Shown: positions 43,548 through 54,126, counted from the stretch's first letter. The stretch: 64,000 bases of DNA from a virus (IMGVR_UViG_3300032295_003128:1-64000); one strand, 5' to 3'. The notes: generated from the sequence alone by a model not told the origin. Translations and numbers: made by a program.

Positions 43548-45094
43548 TAGAGCGTGTTCCTCAGTTCTAAAGTTGTGGCCGAGTCAGTCAGCGGATTTTT
43601 GCTTACGTGAACCTTAAAATTGCGCGTCCAACGCGGCGATGTTGACGCTTGAGCAACGCTGTTTTGAGTCTCTTCAGTCTTAAATGGCCCGGTAATCGGA
43701 CCGCTGTTAAGGGCCGACACGAAAAAAGCAGTCTTGCTAGTTAGGTCAGAGTCGTGCGCTACGCCTACAAACTGGTTGCTCACGTTGTAGGGGACAGACA
43801 GGGTGCCGTCAGCACTCGCTACCACCTTCGCAATAGTTGCGGAAGCATGAATGTTTGTAGCTGCTCCAGAGGTGCCGTTACCAAGAGCCGTGATCGCAGC
43901 ACCAAACTGGGCCGCAGTAAACGTCACAGGAGACTTGATGTAATACCAAGGGTAGACGCCCGTGAACGCCGCAGTGCTGGCTGACACCGATCCGGCAGCA
44001 CGGCTGACAGCTAGCGCAGTGCTAGCATTATTCTTGTTATCAAAATATGCACCAGTGCCTGCGTCATGAGCAATTGACACGCTCCATTGGTTTGATCCAA
44101 GAACTACTGCTATAGATCCGAGCGAAGGGTTGGAAGTCGAAGCAATGCCGGTGCCCGTGTACGTAAAAGTAGACGCTGCGCCTACAAGTTCGGGTCCCTG
44201 AGTACCATTGCCGTTGGTGATGCGGCCTCGATCGAAGGTGGCAGTTAGCGTTCTATCAGCCGAGCTGCCGACTTCTTGCACTCCGGTTGTTCCAGAAACC
44301 GACAAGGAGGCGGACTTGAGGGTAGATATAGAGGGTGGGACGGTCGGGAAAAGAATGGTGTCGAGAGCCGCTACAATAGTGCGGGTTTTCCAAGTGCTAG
44401 CTGGTTCGGCCACGGCTCCACCGACAGGGGTGCTCACAACAGAATTTCCAACCGCGCTAGCGTATAAAGAATTCGCGGCATCTGTTCCAGCGGGTCCTGC
44501 GGCTCCAGTAGCTCCAGTGTCACCTTTAACGCCCTGCGGCCCTTGCGGCCCAGTAGCTCCGGGGAGCCCTTGCGCTCCAGTGTCACCTTTAACGCCTTGC
44601 GGCCCTTGAGGCCCTGTAGCTCCTGCGGCTCCAGTAGCTCCTGCGGCTCCAGTAGCTCCTGCGGCTCCAGTAGCTCCTGCGGCTCCAGTAGCTCCTGCGT
44701 CACCTTTAACGCCCTGCGGCCCAGTAGCCCCTGGAAGCCCTTGAGGCCCTTGCGCTCCAGTGTCACCTTTAACGCCTTGCGGTCCTTGCGGCCCGGCAGG
44801 GCCTTGCGGTCCTTGAGGCCCAGCAGGGCCTTGCGGTCCTTGCGGCCCTCCGGCAGGGCCTTGCGGCCCAGCGGGACCTGTGGCGCCGATTTCTCCTCTA
44901 AGACCTTGCGGCCCTTGAGGCCCAGTTGCCCCTTGAGGCCCAGTAGCTCCAGCGTCACCTTTAATACCCTGCGCCCCTTGAGGCCCAGTTGCCCCTTGAG
45001 GCCCTTGAGGCCCAGTTGCCCCTTGAGGCCCTACCCCTTCGATGACTTCGACAACTTCTTTCGGAGCCTCGATGATCTCGATTACCTCGGCCAT
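43547..45094 (-). CDS. collagen-like fibre protein (515 aa)
   Basis: About 180 aa of Gly-X-Y repeats followed by a beta-rich domain; TAATG coupling. Confidence 0.85.
   Translation of the reverse strand: MAEVIEIIEAPKEVVEVIEGVGPQGATGPQGPQGATGPQGAQGIKGDAGATGPQGATGPQGPQGLRGEIGATGPAGPQGPAGGPQGPQGPAGPQGPQGPAGPQGPQGVKGDTGAQGPQGLPGATGPQGVKGDAGATGAAGATGAAGATGAAGATGAAGATGPQGPQGVKGDTGAQGLPGATGPQGPQGVKGDTGATGAAGPAGTDAANSLYASAVGNSVVSTPVGGAVAEPASTWKTRTIVAALDTILFPTVPPSISTLKSASLSVSGTTGVQEVGSSADRTLTATFDRGRITNGNGTQGPELVGAASTFTYTGTGIASTSNPSLGSIAVVLGSNQWSVSIAHDAGTGAYFDNKNNASTALAVSRAAGSVSASTAAFTGVYPWYYIKSPVTFTAAQFGAAITALGNGTSGAATNIHASATIAKVVASADGTLSVPYNVSNQFVGVAHDSDLTSKTAFFVSALNSGPITGPFKTEETQNSVAQASTSPRWTRNFKVHVSKNPLTDSATTLELRNTL
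44616..44699. repeat. 18-bp tandem repeat x4.7 (encodes GATGAA)
   Basis: GTAGCTCCTGCGGCTCCA repeated perfectly. Confidence 0.9.
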
Positions 45095-45429
45095 TAGCGC
45101 GTAACCTCCGGAGTGCAAACCGCCACGCCTTCGATTAAGCGCGTGACTTCGCTGTTTAAGACAAGCTCTAGGTCATAGACGTATCGGCCCGCAGGAAGGG
45201 CCTGCGTTTGTGCCTCGGTAAGCGACACCTTAATTGTCCCAAGCGCCCCTCCCAGAGCGATTCCCGACGTGTGCGTTAATGAAATAGCTGCGGTCGGAGC
45301 GTCGTAGCTGGTCCGGAGCTGCATACGCGCAGCCGCCCCCGTCAAGCTTACCGGGACGCCGCCGCGCTTGTAGACAAGATCCAACGACCAAGTCGTGCCT
45401 TGCGGAATTGTGATGTCGTGGGAGACCAT
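45094..45429 (-). CDS. BppU-like fibre-attachment protein (111 aa)
   Basis: I.QGTTW...SLTG..ARMQLR...YVYDLEL...RLIEG...PEVTR. Confidence 0.7.
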   Translation of the reverse strand: MVSHDITIPQGTTWSLDLVYKRGGVPVSLTGAAARMQLRTSYDAPTAAISLTHTSGIALGGALGTIKVSLTEAQTQALPAGRYVYDLELVLNSEVTRLIEGVAVCTPEVTR

Positions 45430-45443
45430 CCGCTAATATACAC

Positions 45444-46658
45444 CTACGCGCCCATGCCCGCCTTCACCGCGTCGAGAAAGTCCTCGTAGTCGGCTCCGCC
45501 TTCAGGAGAAACCGCAGGAGACGTTCCGCCGCCCGCGCCGGGGGTCGTTGCTGTGTATTTCTCTAAGGCAGACGACACCTCTTGATATTTCTCAAAAAGA
45601 TTCGTGAGCTGCGTGTAGAGAAACGGCGCCGCTGCCGCCCGAAGCGCAAAGTCGGCGCGTTGCGGGATTTCAAGGCGATCAATATCGACGGATCGCGCAG
45701 TCTGCACGACGTTGTCGATCGCTCCGTTCCACGCGTCATCCCCTTCCCGCTTGCGGAAAAGAGGAACGTTGTCCTCGACCGATTTCCACACTGCGTCGAT
45801 TGACGCGTTGTAGGTACGGCCCATTTCCTCTTGGGCCTTGGCGGCTTGCGCCTGACGATGCTCTTCGAGCTTCTGGTTGGCGAGCTTGGCGTTGCCGGCG
45901 ATCCGAGTGCGGATCCCTTGAACTTTTCGAAATTCCTCGGCCAGCTCGTACAAACGGAAGCGGTCGAGGTCGTTCATCCCCGACGCAATGTCCACCAGCA
46001 ACTCGGTCTGGCGCTCAGAGTCCGATTCGGCAAAAGCTGTGCGAAGATCCGCTTCGCGGACTTCGTACTTCTTCGCTGTTGCGGAGATTATGCCGTCGAT
46101 TCGCCGCAACGGCTCGACTACGGCCTCTTTGTATTCCTGGGTGGCTTCGACGCGAGCAATTTCCAGTTCACGTTCCTGCGCGTCAATGCGATCCCGCATT
46201 GCCTTCAGTTCGGTCGGATCGGCCTCCCGGGGCTTGGATTCCAACGCAGCAAGCTTGGCTTCAAGCTCTTGGCGACGCGTCCGCTCTTCTTTCAGGGCGC
46301 GGCGTTGCTCCGCCCACTTGGTTTTAGCTCCAGGCGTAGGCGCAATGTCGTCGCCCGGAGGTTCTCCTAGATCGTCGTCTTTCGGAGTCGAAGCGGCCGG
46401 CTCGTCTTTCTTACCTTTGAGCGCGGCGACCAACGAATCAGCCGAAGGCCCCTTAATCTCTGGAGCCTTAGCAGCCTCGGCCGTCGGAGCCGGGGGCGTT
46501 GATGCCGGTGCGGCAGGAGTATCCGCTGCGGTTTCGGTCGCGGGGCTTTCGAAGGCTTCGCGCATAGCGCGAGCTGCATCGAAACTGAGTGAACCGCCAG
46601 CCTCTTCAGGCGACGGAGTGTTGTCGGCCGGAGCCGGAGCAGTGGTTTGGTTGTCCAT
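45444..46658 (-). CDS. capsid scaffolding protein-like
   Basis: P/A-rich acidic N-terminus, long coiled coils, short C-terminal helix; ATG at 46658. Confidence 0.65.
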   Translation of the reverse strand: MDNQTTAPAPADNTPSPEEAGGSLSFDAARAMREAFESPATETAADTPAAPASTPPAPTAEAAKAPEIKGPSADSLVAALKGKKDEPAASTPKDDDLGEPPGDDIAPTPGAKTKWAEQRRALKEERTRRQELEAKLAALESKPREADPTELKAMRDRIDAQERELEIARVEATQEYKEAVVEPLRRIDGIISATAKKYEVREADLRTAFAESDSERQTELLVDIASGMNDLDRFRLYELAEEFRKVQGIRTRIAGNAKLANQKLEEHRQAQAAKAQEEMGRTYNASIDAVWKSVEDNVPLFRKREGDDAWNGAIDNVVQTARSVDIDRLEIPQRADFALRAAAAPFLYTQLTNLFEKYQEVSSALEKYTATTPGAGGGTSPAVSPEGGADYEDFLDAVKAGMGA

Positions 46659-46662
46659 AAAA

Positions 46663-46944
46663 TTATTCTTCAACGAGTGACGGCATCAGATCTCGGGCCG
46701 ACGGGGCTAGTCGGGCGGGCATCGCGAGTCGCTCAAGCGAGCGAAGCGCATGGAAATAGCCTTCGCGCCGAGCGTTCTGCATGGCGTTCCATTCCATAAA
46801 ATTCAATCCAGGAGGAGTGGGCATCTCAAGCGGCTCGCCCAATTCCTTGAGGACGTCGATAGCCCGTTGAACGTGCGGTTCTTGTAAAGTCTGCGCCAGC
46901 GCAGGGCGGAACAGATCGTTTTTGCGGTATTCTTCGGCAGTCAT
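46663..46944 (-). CDS. small hypothetical protein (93 aa)
   Basis: ATGA overlap with the endolysin stop. Confidence 0.65.
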   Translation of the reverse strand: MTAEEYRKNDLFRPALAQTLQEPHVQRAIDVLKELGEPLEMPTPPGLNFMEWNAMQNARREGYFHALRSLERLAMPARLAPSARDLMPSLVEE

Positions 46945-47522
46945 TGAGTGGCTTGAAAGTGCATGGCATCCCGGGACCAGAACGCTCCGGCGGAAAGCCA
47001 ACCCTCGCGGGCAAAGATTTCCATTACGTCGAAAGGCATCCGCGACTTGGTCGGCCAATGGGTAAGGTTTCCGTTTCGATTGGCATCGAGGTCTACAGCA
47101 GCGGCACGGGCATGAAGGCTCGGCAAGCTGCCGCCGCGCATCGAGCGGTTAGCGAAAGCTCCGAAAAATCGATTTACTCCCGCTTCCGTCCGGGCTTCGT
47201 CGGTCTTGTAGCGCTCCCCTAGAGCCTTGAGGATTCGCTCAAAGCTCGGCGCGAGCTTTTCGTGAACGGCAATCGTCTTCACAGTCGAGGGGCCGTTGTA
47301 CAAAAACATCTTGTACGGCACCGGAACCGGCTCCAGCGGAACGTGTCCGGGACGCCCGTAAAAGTTGGTCAGCGCCGCTTGCGTAGTCTTAGGCCAAGGC
47401 TTTGACGCCGGCATCAGCCCGCGAAGATGTCGCTGGGCGGCTGCGACGGACTGGGGTCCCCAAAAGCCGTCAGGCTCAGTCCCGACGGTTTCCTGGATAA
47501 TCTTGATCTGCGTTTGGTTCAC
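46941..47522 (-). CDS. endolysin: peptidoglycan-binding motif + M15 peptidase
   Basis: IQETVG..PDGFWGPQS; R..RGG...SLHA...AVD; DAMHFQ. Confidence 0.85.
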   Translation of the reverse strand: MNQTQIKIIQETVGTEPDGFWGPQSVAAAQRHLRGLMPASKPWPKTTQAALTNFYGRPGHVPLEPVPVPYKMFLYNGPSTVKTIAVHEKLAPSFERILKALGERYKTDEARTEAGVNRFFGAFANRSMRGGSLPSLHARAAAVDLDANRNGNLTHWPTKSRMPFDVMEIFAREGWLSAGAFWSRDAMHFQATQ

Positions 47523-47665
47523 CGGGTCGGCTTGACTACGCTTTTTCCGGTCGGCTCTACCGACACAGTCACTCGCTGGTTAAGGAAGTCGTAACCAAAC
47601 CCAATCTTCGGGGTCACACATCCCGCGAGCAGGACCCCGCAAACGAGGATAAAAGCCCGTTTCAC
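47519..47665 (-). CDS. lipoprotein, spanin-like (48 aa)
   Basis: MKRAFILVCGVLLAGC lipobox; GTGA overlaps on both sides; not in the ORF track. Confidence 0.65.
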   Translation of the reverse strand: MKRAFILVCGVLLAGCVTPKIGFGYDFLNQRVTVSVEPTGKSVVKPTR

Positions 47666-47838
47666 TTGCGCGAAAACTTGGCGATCACGTTGACGATCGC
47701 GCGCAGGGTTTTCTCCGGCTGCTCGCCTGGGATAAACTCAAAGACGGCAATCAGACCGACCATAACGGTGGTCAGGGCGCCAATGATTTCGAGCCAGTTC
47801 AGTCCGGAGACAAGAGTAAGGATTTCAGTGAGATTCAT
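47662..47838 (-). CDS. holin-like membrane protein (58 aa)
   Basis: MNLTEILTLVSGLNWLEIIGALTTVMVGLIAVFEFIPGEQPEKTLRAIVNVIAKFSRK; lysis context. Confidence 0.6.
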   Translation of the reverse strand: MNLTEILTLVSGLNWLEIIGALTTVMVGLIAVFEFIPGEQPEKTLRAIVNVIAKFSRK

Positions 47839-47859
47839 ACATTTGCGGTGTGCAGGTTA

Positions 47860-48102
47860 TTACCTATTCATCAGGTGTCGGAAGCTGTCAAATACCCAAG
47901 CGGACATTGCCGCTATGGCGGCGGCGACGCCGTAAATGGAGGACTTTGCCGTCTCTAGGTGCTTCAACCTTTCGTCGTGCTTATCGAAGACTTTGCCGAA
48001 CCTCTCTTGGTTGTCCAAAATGAGGTCCACCTTAGTCTCCAGCCGCACAAGCCGCTGAGCGTCCAAGAAGTGGTCTGATTCTTTGCCGGCCATTTCATTC
48101 AT
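47860..48102 (-). CDS. coiled-coil + C-terminal TM protein (XhlA/holin-like)
   Basis: RLVRLETKVD...HDERLKHLE followed by a hydrophobic helix. Confidence 0.65.
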   Translation of the reverse strand: MNEMAGKESDHFLDAQRLVRLETKVDLILDNQERFGKVFDKHDERLKHLETAKSSIYGVAAAIAAMSAWVFDSFRHLMNR

Positions 48103-48129
48103 AATAAACGCGGTTCACAACCGGTGCAA

Positions 48130-51100
48130 CTAGACGAATGTCGGGTCGATGACTTGCCAGCCACGGCTGATTGCTTGCGTTTTACTGCTGTTGTACGTCG
48201 TGGTGTCTCCGGCGGTCGCGATAGTGCCGCTGAAATCCACAACATTGGAGTCTCCGGGTAGGCTCGAGGGGAAAGACCAAGTGCCCAACGTCCTCAGAAT
48301 TCCAGCCAGAACCGTGACGCTGACGGCGCCCACGCTCTTTACCTGTACCCCGCTTCGACAAACAACTCCGACAGGAAACTGCGTCGCGAAGAAATCATAA
48401 AACACGCTGCTACCGAGAGAAGCTACATTTTCGACCGTAATCTCCTCCATCACAGAAACTCCAGAGCTATCTTTCCGTATCGGAGCTATAGCCAGCGTCA
48501 AAGCGCCGGCATTGCGTACCCGCAACGATGACATGTGTCCGCTGTAGCCGCGCCACGAGCCGTCAGAAAATGGCACCGCGTTAAAGAGTGTTCCGGTCAC
48601 CGCGCTGTTGGACGAGAACTTCGAGAGTAATGGCGCCCCTCTAAAATCTGCCGTAGTTAGAAGGGGGCAGTTGTCCAAATAGACCTCACTCAAATGCGTC
48701 CACTGGTCACCCTCGTAGATAGCCATCTGCCCGCCGGTCAGCCCGTCTCCAGCAAATGGCTGTCCATTTATAGAGAGTACATTGCCGTCAAAAGTAAGCG
48801 GGGCGTCCCCGCCAGTCGGCTGCCATTTAGTGATGTCCGACACCCGATCAATGATCGACCATGAAGAAGATGCCGACAAGGAAGTATCTCGTACTGCTTT
48901 ATGAATGAGATACGGTCGGCCGTTTACTGGAAACCGGCCCCCAGCGACGGGCCCCCCGAAAAACGTTAAATTCCGAAATACCACCACCGAGTTTTGCTTC
49001 AAACCGGACGTCAAATTAGCTTGTGTAAACTGATCAATATTAATGGCTTGAAAACCAACACCTCCTTTCTGTACCTCGATCCATTGATTACTTGTTATGA
49101 ATGAGCGTGCAACGGCGGCAGAAGTAACCGATTGCAACGCCGCATTGTCGCGTAAATCTAACAGCCGAATCGACCGGCGCCCAGCGGTTGGAAAACTCGC
49201 TAACTGCGTGTTTCTTGCATACAATTTCTGAACTCCGGTGATGTGCCGAAATGCCATCGGCACGTTGGGGCCGTACGCATTATAAAACTGCCACCACTCA
49301 CCGGTAATAGGGTCGCCGTCAGTATCAGCTTCCGGGTCGTAGTCATAGGTGCGGTTTCCGATGTACGTTTTAATTGTGTTTGCGGGGAGCACAAGCGACG
49401 TCAGCGGATTATCCGACACGTCAAGCTCTAGCAAAGGCGCGCCATACTGCACGTCGATTGTCTGTAAGTTGTTTCCGGATAAATCCAGTCTGAACAGCCG
49501 GTAGCCAGTAAATTGATCCGCCGGTAGAGGCAGCACAAAGGCCGGACCCAAATTATTGTCCGCGAGTTTAAGTATCTCAGTTTTACTTTCAATGCCGGTG
49601 CCTCCCAAATCAAAGGAGGTCAATAAGTTATTGCTTACATCGATTTCCCTAGGACGATAGCCGCCGAACACCCCTCCAGGAAACGCCAAAGACGTAAGTC
49701 CTTGGGTAGCGGAATCAGGGTATTGATTTGAAAGATTGAGTACGTCGCTCGGAAATAAGTGAGTGAACGTGGCAGTGTTTATTTTATTGTTTGCGGCTTT
49801 GTACGACTCTGCTACCCCATAATTACTGAAGGTCGCTGTGGTTAGCTGATTAAACGAAAGGTCTACGCGTCGCAGATATCTCGTGGTCGGCGGTATCGAG
49901 CCAAATGTCGTCCCATACAGACTAGGTCGCCGTTGGGATATCATCGACAAGTCGATGCCGCATCTATCTACCTTAAAGGTCGCGTCCGTCAGGAAGTTTG
50001 ATTGAACGTCTAGGTCTATAAGATCCGCGCAATCCTCAATATTAAGATACGTTAGCCGATTAAACGATAAGTCTAATATGTAAATTGGGGTGTTCGGCGC
50101 TGAAAACTCGCTTAAGCCTAAATTGCTCAGCATTAAATGGCGTTTGACTTCGGTCACCATCCCGACGCGCGCGAGCAAAGGATTGTTCGGGGTGTTCCGG
50201 TAAAGCCAGCGCTCAGTTACGGGTCGCCCAAAAAAGTCGGTTCGAAGCTCTGACGCCAGCGCAGGGACGCCTACGGGATCATTGTTTTCGGCCAACGCAA
50301 TCTCGAGATATTGCCTAGTACCAACATAATACGTCCCCTCGACGCCAGCCAGAGTAAACTTCATTCCGATAACTGGATCATCCGGCGGCGGCCACGTGTT
50401 TGGCATTCGCGTAAAATCAATGACTGTCGGCCTTACAGTCAAATATTGTCGGGTAGTACCCCAGTTCTGCGAAATATTTACTGTGTACGTGCCGTTGCCG
50501 CCCGTGCCGGTTCCTAGCGCGGTGATACGGGTGTCTTTCACTAGCTTGTTACCATAGTAAGTCCCTACAGGTAGCTCCACCCCGTCTGTTATGTTCATCC
50601 CGACTTGAAGAGGCACTGAGCCCGGTTCGTTTACAACATCGTCTACTGTCAGGGTTGTGCCGTTTATGTTTGCGCGAAACCGAGGAGGACGCGCAGTAAC
50701 TACCGGGTTACCGAAATCGAAGTCAGGGTGCGGCAGCCAAGAGATCGGGTATTCTCCAAAGGTTCCGACTGACCTCAAAGTACAATAAGGGTACGTGAAA
50801 TTACACAGTGGATGCTGGCATCTAAGAACCGACGGCGCGCCTTCGCAGAACTCAGGCTGATTCTGCACCGCGAGTAACGCGTAAAGTGCGTCTTTTTTTG
50901 TACCCAAAACAGCTTTGAAACCTGAGTCTGCTTCCGTCCACCCTTCGACAATAGACTCGTAGATGTCGCCCGGGAAAGCATCGGTTCGTTGCGGTAGGTT
51001 AAAGTATATTCGTCTGCCCGTTGGGAAAAACACGCGGTTTGTCGCTTCATCGTACGTGTATTCCGAAAACTGTTCGTCCAACGTCGCCCCCGACTGGCCG

Positions 51101-51219
51101 AACGCGCCTTCCCAATTTGGGATTTCTTTAATTGCGCCGAACGCAGGGTCCAAAACAAAATACGTATCGTCGCGAAAAACGCTTTGCCTTCCTTTGACGC
51201 TGCCTCGTATCGCAAACAT
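48130..51219 (-). CDS. leucine-rich repeat protein (1029 aa), probably virion-associated
   Basis: About a dozen LxxLDLSxNxL repeats; fibre-type GTGTGGNGTYTV domain; TAATG coupling at 51219. Confidence 0.8.
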   Translation of the reverse strand: MFAIRGSVKGRQSVFRDDTYFVLDPAFGAIKEIPNWEGAFGQSGATLDEQFSEYTYDEATNRVFFPTGRRIYFNLPQRTDAFPGDIYESIVEGWTEADSGFKAVLGTKKDALYALLAVQNQPEFCEGAPSVLRCQHPLCNFTYPYCTLRSVGTFGEYPISWLPHPDFDFGNPVVTARPPRFRANINGTTLTVDDVVNEPGSVPLQVGMNITDGVELPVGTYYGNKLVKDTRITALGTGTGGNGTYTVNISQNWGTTRQYLTVRPTVIDFTRMPNTWPPPDDPVIGMKFTLAGVEGTYYVGTRQYLEIALAENNDPVGVPALASELRTDFFGRPVTERWLYRNTPNNPLLARVGMVTEVKRHLMLSNLGLSEFSAPNTPIYILDLSFNRLTYLNIEDCADLIDLDVQSNFLTDATFKVDRCGIDLSMISQRRPSLYGTTFGSIPPTTRYLRRVDLSFNQLTTATFSNYGVAESYKAANNKINTATFTHLFPSDVLNLSNQYPDSATQGLTSLAFPGGVFGGYRPREIDVSNNLLTSFDLGGTGIESKTEILKLADNNLGPAFVLPLPADQFTGYRLFRLDLSGNNLQTIDVQYGAPLLELDVSDNPLTSLVLPANTIKTYIGNRTYDYDPEADTDGDPITGEWWQFYNAYGPNVPMAFRHITGVQKLYARNTQLASFPTAGRRSIRLLDLRDNAALQSVTSAAVARSFITSNQWIEVQKGGVGFQAINIDQFTQANLTSGLKQNSVVVFRNLTFFGGPVAGGRFPVNGRPYLIHKAVRDTSLSASSSWSIIDRVSDITKWQPTGGDAPLTFDGNVLSINGQPFAGDGLTGGQMAIYEGDQWTHLSEVYLDNCPLLTTADFRGAPLLSKFSSNSAVTGTLFNAVPFSDGSWRGYSGHMSSLRVRNAGALTLAIAPIRKDSSGVSVMEEITVENVASLGSSVFYDFFATQFPVGVVCRSGVQVKSVGAVSVTVLAGILRTLGTWSFPSSLPGDSNVVDFSGTIATAGDTTTYNSSKTQAISRGWQVIDPTFV

Positions 51220-51572
51220 TACGCCGCGATCCACTCGTCGTCACCAATCTTAATCAACGCCTGCGACGCTGAATTCCGAGTGTACGTTATGACTGTCGAG
51301 CTGCCCGCTTCAAGCGCAACCTCGCCGGGATCAGGAGACAGTATCAAAATTTGAGTTCCTATCGGAAACTTTACTGAGGCGCTCGGAACATAGACCGGCC
51401 CCCCCGCCGTAACCACTAGCCCGCCAGCATCTTCTAGTTGAAGCGTATAAGGGGCGTTACTGAATAGCCGCCTCACTCCGCACGACAACGGTGCGGCCCC
51501 TGCTTCTTGGGCCGAGGTGATGGGAAACAGCTCCCCGCTAAACGGGTTAAACTTGTACCCCGGGAGACTCAT
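51219..51572 (-). CDS. tail fibre-related small protein (117 aa)
   Basis: YTLQLEDAG...FPIGTQI...LIKIGDDEWI. Confidence 0.65.
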   Translation of the reverse strand: MSLPGYKFNPFSGELFPITSAQEAGAAPLSCGVRRLFSNAPYTLQLEDAGGLVVTAGGPVYVPSASVKFPIGTQILILSPDPGEVALEAGSSTVITYTRNSASQALIKIGDDEWIAA

Positions 51573-51787
51573 TGAATGCTTCGGTTAAGCGATTTAGGGA
51601 TCGCGCGCAGATTGCTACGGCGATTCGACATGCCGTTCATGTGATGAACGTCTTTGCCGTCGCCCTTACGAACGTGGCCGAGCTTCTCCATCTTACGGCG
51701 AGCCTTGTTCCGCTGGCTGCGACGTTTGATTTGCTCCGGCTTCGCGTGGTAGTCGGCGTATTCTTTGGCGTAGTTTCGAGCGCTCAT
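51569..51787 (-). CDS. small HNH endonuclease-like protein
   Basis: GDGKDVHH...N..SNLR.....NRS. Confidence 0.75.
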   Translation of the reverse strand: MSARNYAKEYADYHAKPEQIKRRSQRNKARRKMEKLGHVRKGDGKDVHHMNGMSNRRSNLRAIPKSLNRSIQ

Positions 51788-54126
51788 TGAGTTTCGGTAG
51801 GCACGATTTCGGGAACCGCCATGCGGCTCGCCATTTTAACCTTGGCCGCTGTCTCGGCGTCTTTCAGCGCCATCTTCTGGGACATCTCGGCCTGTTTCAA
51901 AGCCATGGTCGCCTGATGCCGCTCGACATCCATTTGCAACTTGGCTTGGCGTTCCATCAATTCTTGACGGGCTTTCGGCGAAAGCTGTTCGGACTCGGCG
52001 AGCTTCTGCTCCATCGCGGCGATGCGAGCTTGCTCCGACTCGATCATTCGCTGCTGTTCGGCTTGCTGCGCCATCGCTTGCTTCTCGGCGGCGGCTTTAA
52101 GCTCGTCGGCCATGCGGTCGCGGGACGCGCCGAGCTGCTGGAGACGCTGGCGCATCATCGCGACTTGATCTTTGCGGACAAGATCGCTGCCGAGCCGCTG
52201 AACGTGCTCGGCCAGGTGCGGCAAGAACAAGTCCATCGCTTGCAGCGCGGCCATCGGGTCGGCCCCGTTGGAGATGCCCTCCTGCATTTGCTCTAGGGCC
52301 TGAAGATGTCGGCCAGCGTGAATGAAGTGGTTTTCTCCGTCGCTCACCGGCATCGGGCTGCCGCTCGACATCATGCCGTTCTCGATGACCGCAAGCTTGT
52401 CGTCCATAGGCGGACGCAAAGACGTTCCTGGAGCGGGCAAATACCGATCCACAACCTCCTGGCCGAAGCGGGCAGCGATCCTATCACGCAAGAGGTTGAT
52501 CCGCCCGGCCTCGTCGAGGCTTCCGAAAATTGCCATTGTCTCCTCGATTGCGATTTGACGCATTCCGGGGGAGCCAAACCCAATCGCTCGGACAGGTTCA
52601 ACGCTGCGCCAGCGGTAGATGGCTTCCTCGGGAACTCCGCGCTTGATGCAACGACGGCGGAAATCGACGGCCTCCCTGCCGCCGGGTTCGATGGCGGTGT
52701 ATTTGCGACGGCTGAGTCGGCGGTAGACTTCCGTGAGCAACCGCTTCCACGGGTGGTAAAACAGATTGATCGACGCCGAGCTTAGGACCGCTTCTTGCTG
52801 AAGCTGCGCTCTAACCTCGTAGGCAGTCCGCGCTTGGCCGTCCGCGTTCATGGCGCGGGACTGATACCCGACAGTGCGGTTGGTCATGTTCTGCGTCAGG
52901 TCTTGCAGGACCGGCAGCATGTTGCGGCTGTAGTCTGGAATGGCCTTCTCTACAACTTTCAGCCCGGGAGGAAACAACGCATAAGGGCCGTAGTACGATA
53001 GGGTAAGATCTTCGAGTGCGCGGCTGCCCTGATCTCCGGGCTGCACAATTAAAGCCGAGCTTAACAGCGCACCATCGACCATGCCGCAGCGAAGGCGGTT
53101 CAGAAGCTGGATGTGCGGGTAGATCTTAAATCCAAGCCCGCGAATGCCATGATACGTTCCGTTACCGACGCCGTACGTAAAGGTGACAAAGCAGTTAACG
53201 GGAGAAGAAAAGCGATTGGCGCGGGTAAAGAGAAACTCTTCGTCCGGCTCGTCTTCGTCAATCGAACCCACGGGGTCGCGCAAGAACATCAAATGCGAGA
53301 CTTTCCCCGAGAATTCCCGAACCCACATGTGGACTACGTCCACTTTCTTGGCGCGGCTGTTCGTATAGAGGAGGTCATTGTTCTTCAGCTCGACCTCCAG
53401 CTTTTCCCACTCGCCGACTTCGTAGTTCGTCCGTTCGTTGCAGGCCCTTAAAAGCGCGTGCCGGACCATCTTGACGTTCCAGCCTAACGAGGCGGCAACC
53501 TTGGGGTCGCGGATGTAATGATAAAGTTGATGGGCCTGATACTCGCGCTCCACTGTCGCGCATTCGATCTCGAACTCGTTGGCCTTTGTCCCACGGGGCA
53601 TACGAAACTCGGAAAGCCCCGCCACTCTCCAACGCCAATCGACTTCGTCTTCAAAATACGTCACGCCAACCCCATGCGAAACGAACTGGTCGGCCAGCAT
53701 TTGATGGGAAAATTCAAACTCCGGCCATTCTTTAAGCGTCCGGTGAAACTCTTCCGAGATGACGCGCTCCCACTCGACCCGCTGCTCGGCCGTTCCGTAA
53801 TCCAAAGACACTCGGGCCAGCGAATCAACCGACGCCGTCAGATCGTAGTATCCGGCCAAGGCTTGCTCTTTGAGCGCCGCTGCCTCGCCAAAATCCAAGT
53901 TTGTTCTCTCGCCTTGACCCATCTCCGTCAGGTCGTCCTGGTTGAATGGGGGCGAACCATTGAACATCGAGTCGATCAACGCCCGGTTCTGGGAGCTTCC
54001 GGCGTCGGAATCCTTCAAGGCCTTATAAATGGAGCGGGCTGCGTCAACAGTCGTGACGCGCATTTTCGGCGGCTTGCCTGATTCGTTCAGCCCCGCCAGT
54101 TCAAGTGGTTGCAATCCGGATTCCAT
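51784..54126 (-). CDS. portal protein (780 aa)
   Basis: Size; position after TerL; RTAYEV motif; long Q/A/M-rich C-terminal coiled coil. Confidence 0.75.
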   Translation of the reverse strand: MESGLQPLELAGLNESGKPPKMRVTTVDAARSIYKALKDSDAGSSQNRALIDSMFNGSPPFNQDDLTEMGQGERTNLDFGEAAALKEQALAGYYDLTASVDSLARVSLDYGTAEQRVEWERVISEEFHRTLKEWPEFEFSHQMLADQFVSHGVGVTYFEDEVDWRWRVAGLSEFRMPRGTKANEFEIECATVEREYQAHQLYHYIRDPKVAASLGWNVKMVRHALLRACNERTNYEVGEWEKLEVELKNNDLLYTNSRAKKVDVVHMWVREFSGKVSHLMFLRDPVGSIDEDEPDEEFLFTRANRFSSPVNCFVTFTYGVGNGTYHGIRGLGFKIYPHIQLLNRLRCGMVDGALLSSALIVQPGDQGSRALEDLTLSYYGPYALFPPGLKVVEKAIPDYSRNMLPVLQDLTQNMTNRTVGYQSRAMNADGQARTAYEVRAQLQQEAVLSSASINLFYHPWKRLLTEVYRRLSRRKYTAIEPGGREAVDFRRRCIKRGVPEEAIYRWRSVEPVRAIGFGSPGMRQIAIEETMAIFGSLDEAGRINLLRDRIAARFGQEVVDRYLPAPGTSLRPPMDDKLAVIENGMMSSGSPMPVSDGENHFIHAGRHLQALEQMQEGISNGADPMAALQAMDLFLPHLAEHVQRLGSDLVRKDQVAMMRQRLQQLGASRDRMADELKAAAEKQAMAQQAEQQRMIESEQARIAAMEQKLAESEQLSPKARQELMERQAKLQMDVERHQATMALKQAEMSQKMALKDAETAAKVKMASRMAVPEIVPTETQ

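Noticed and set aside
34731-51572. Diversity-generating retroelement or invertible fibre system
   Set aside because: No reverse transcriptase, invertase or TR/VR repeat pair was noticed by eye in this window.
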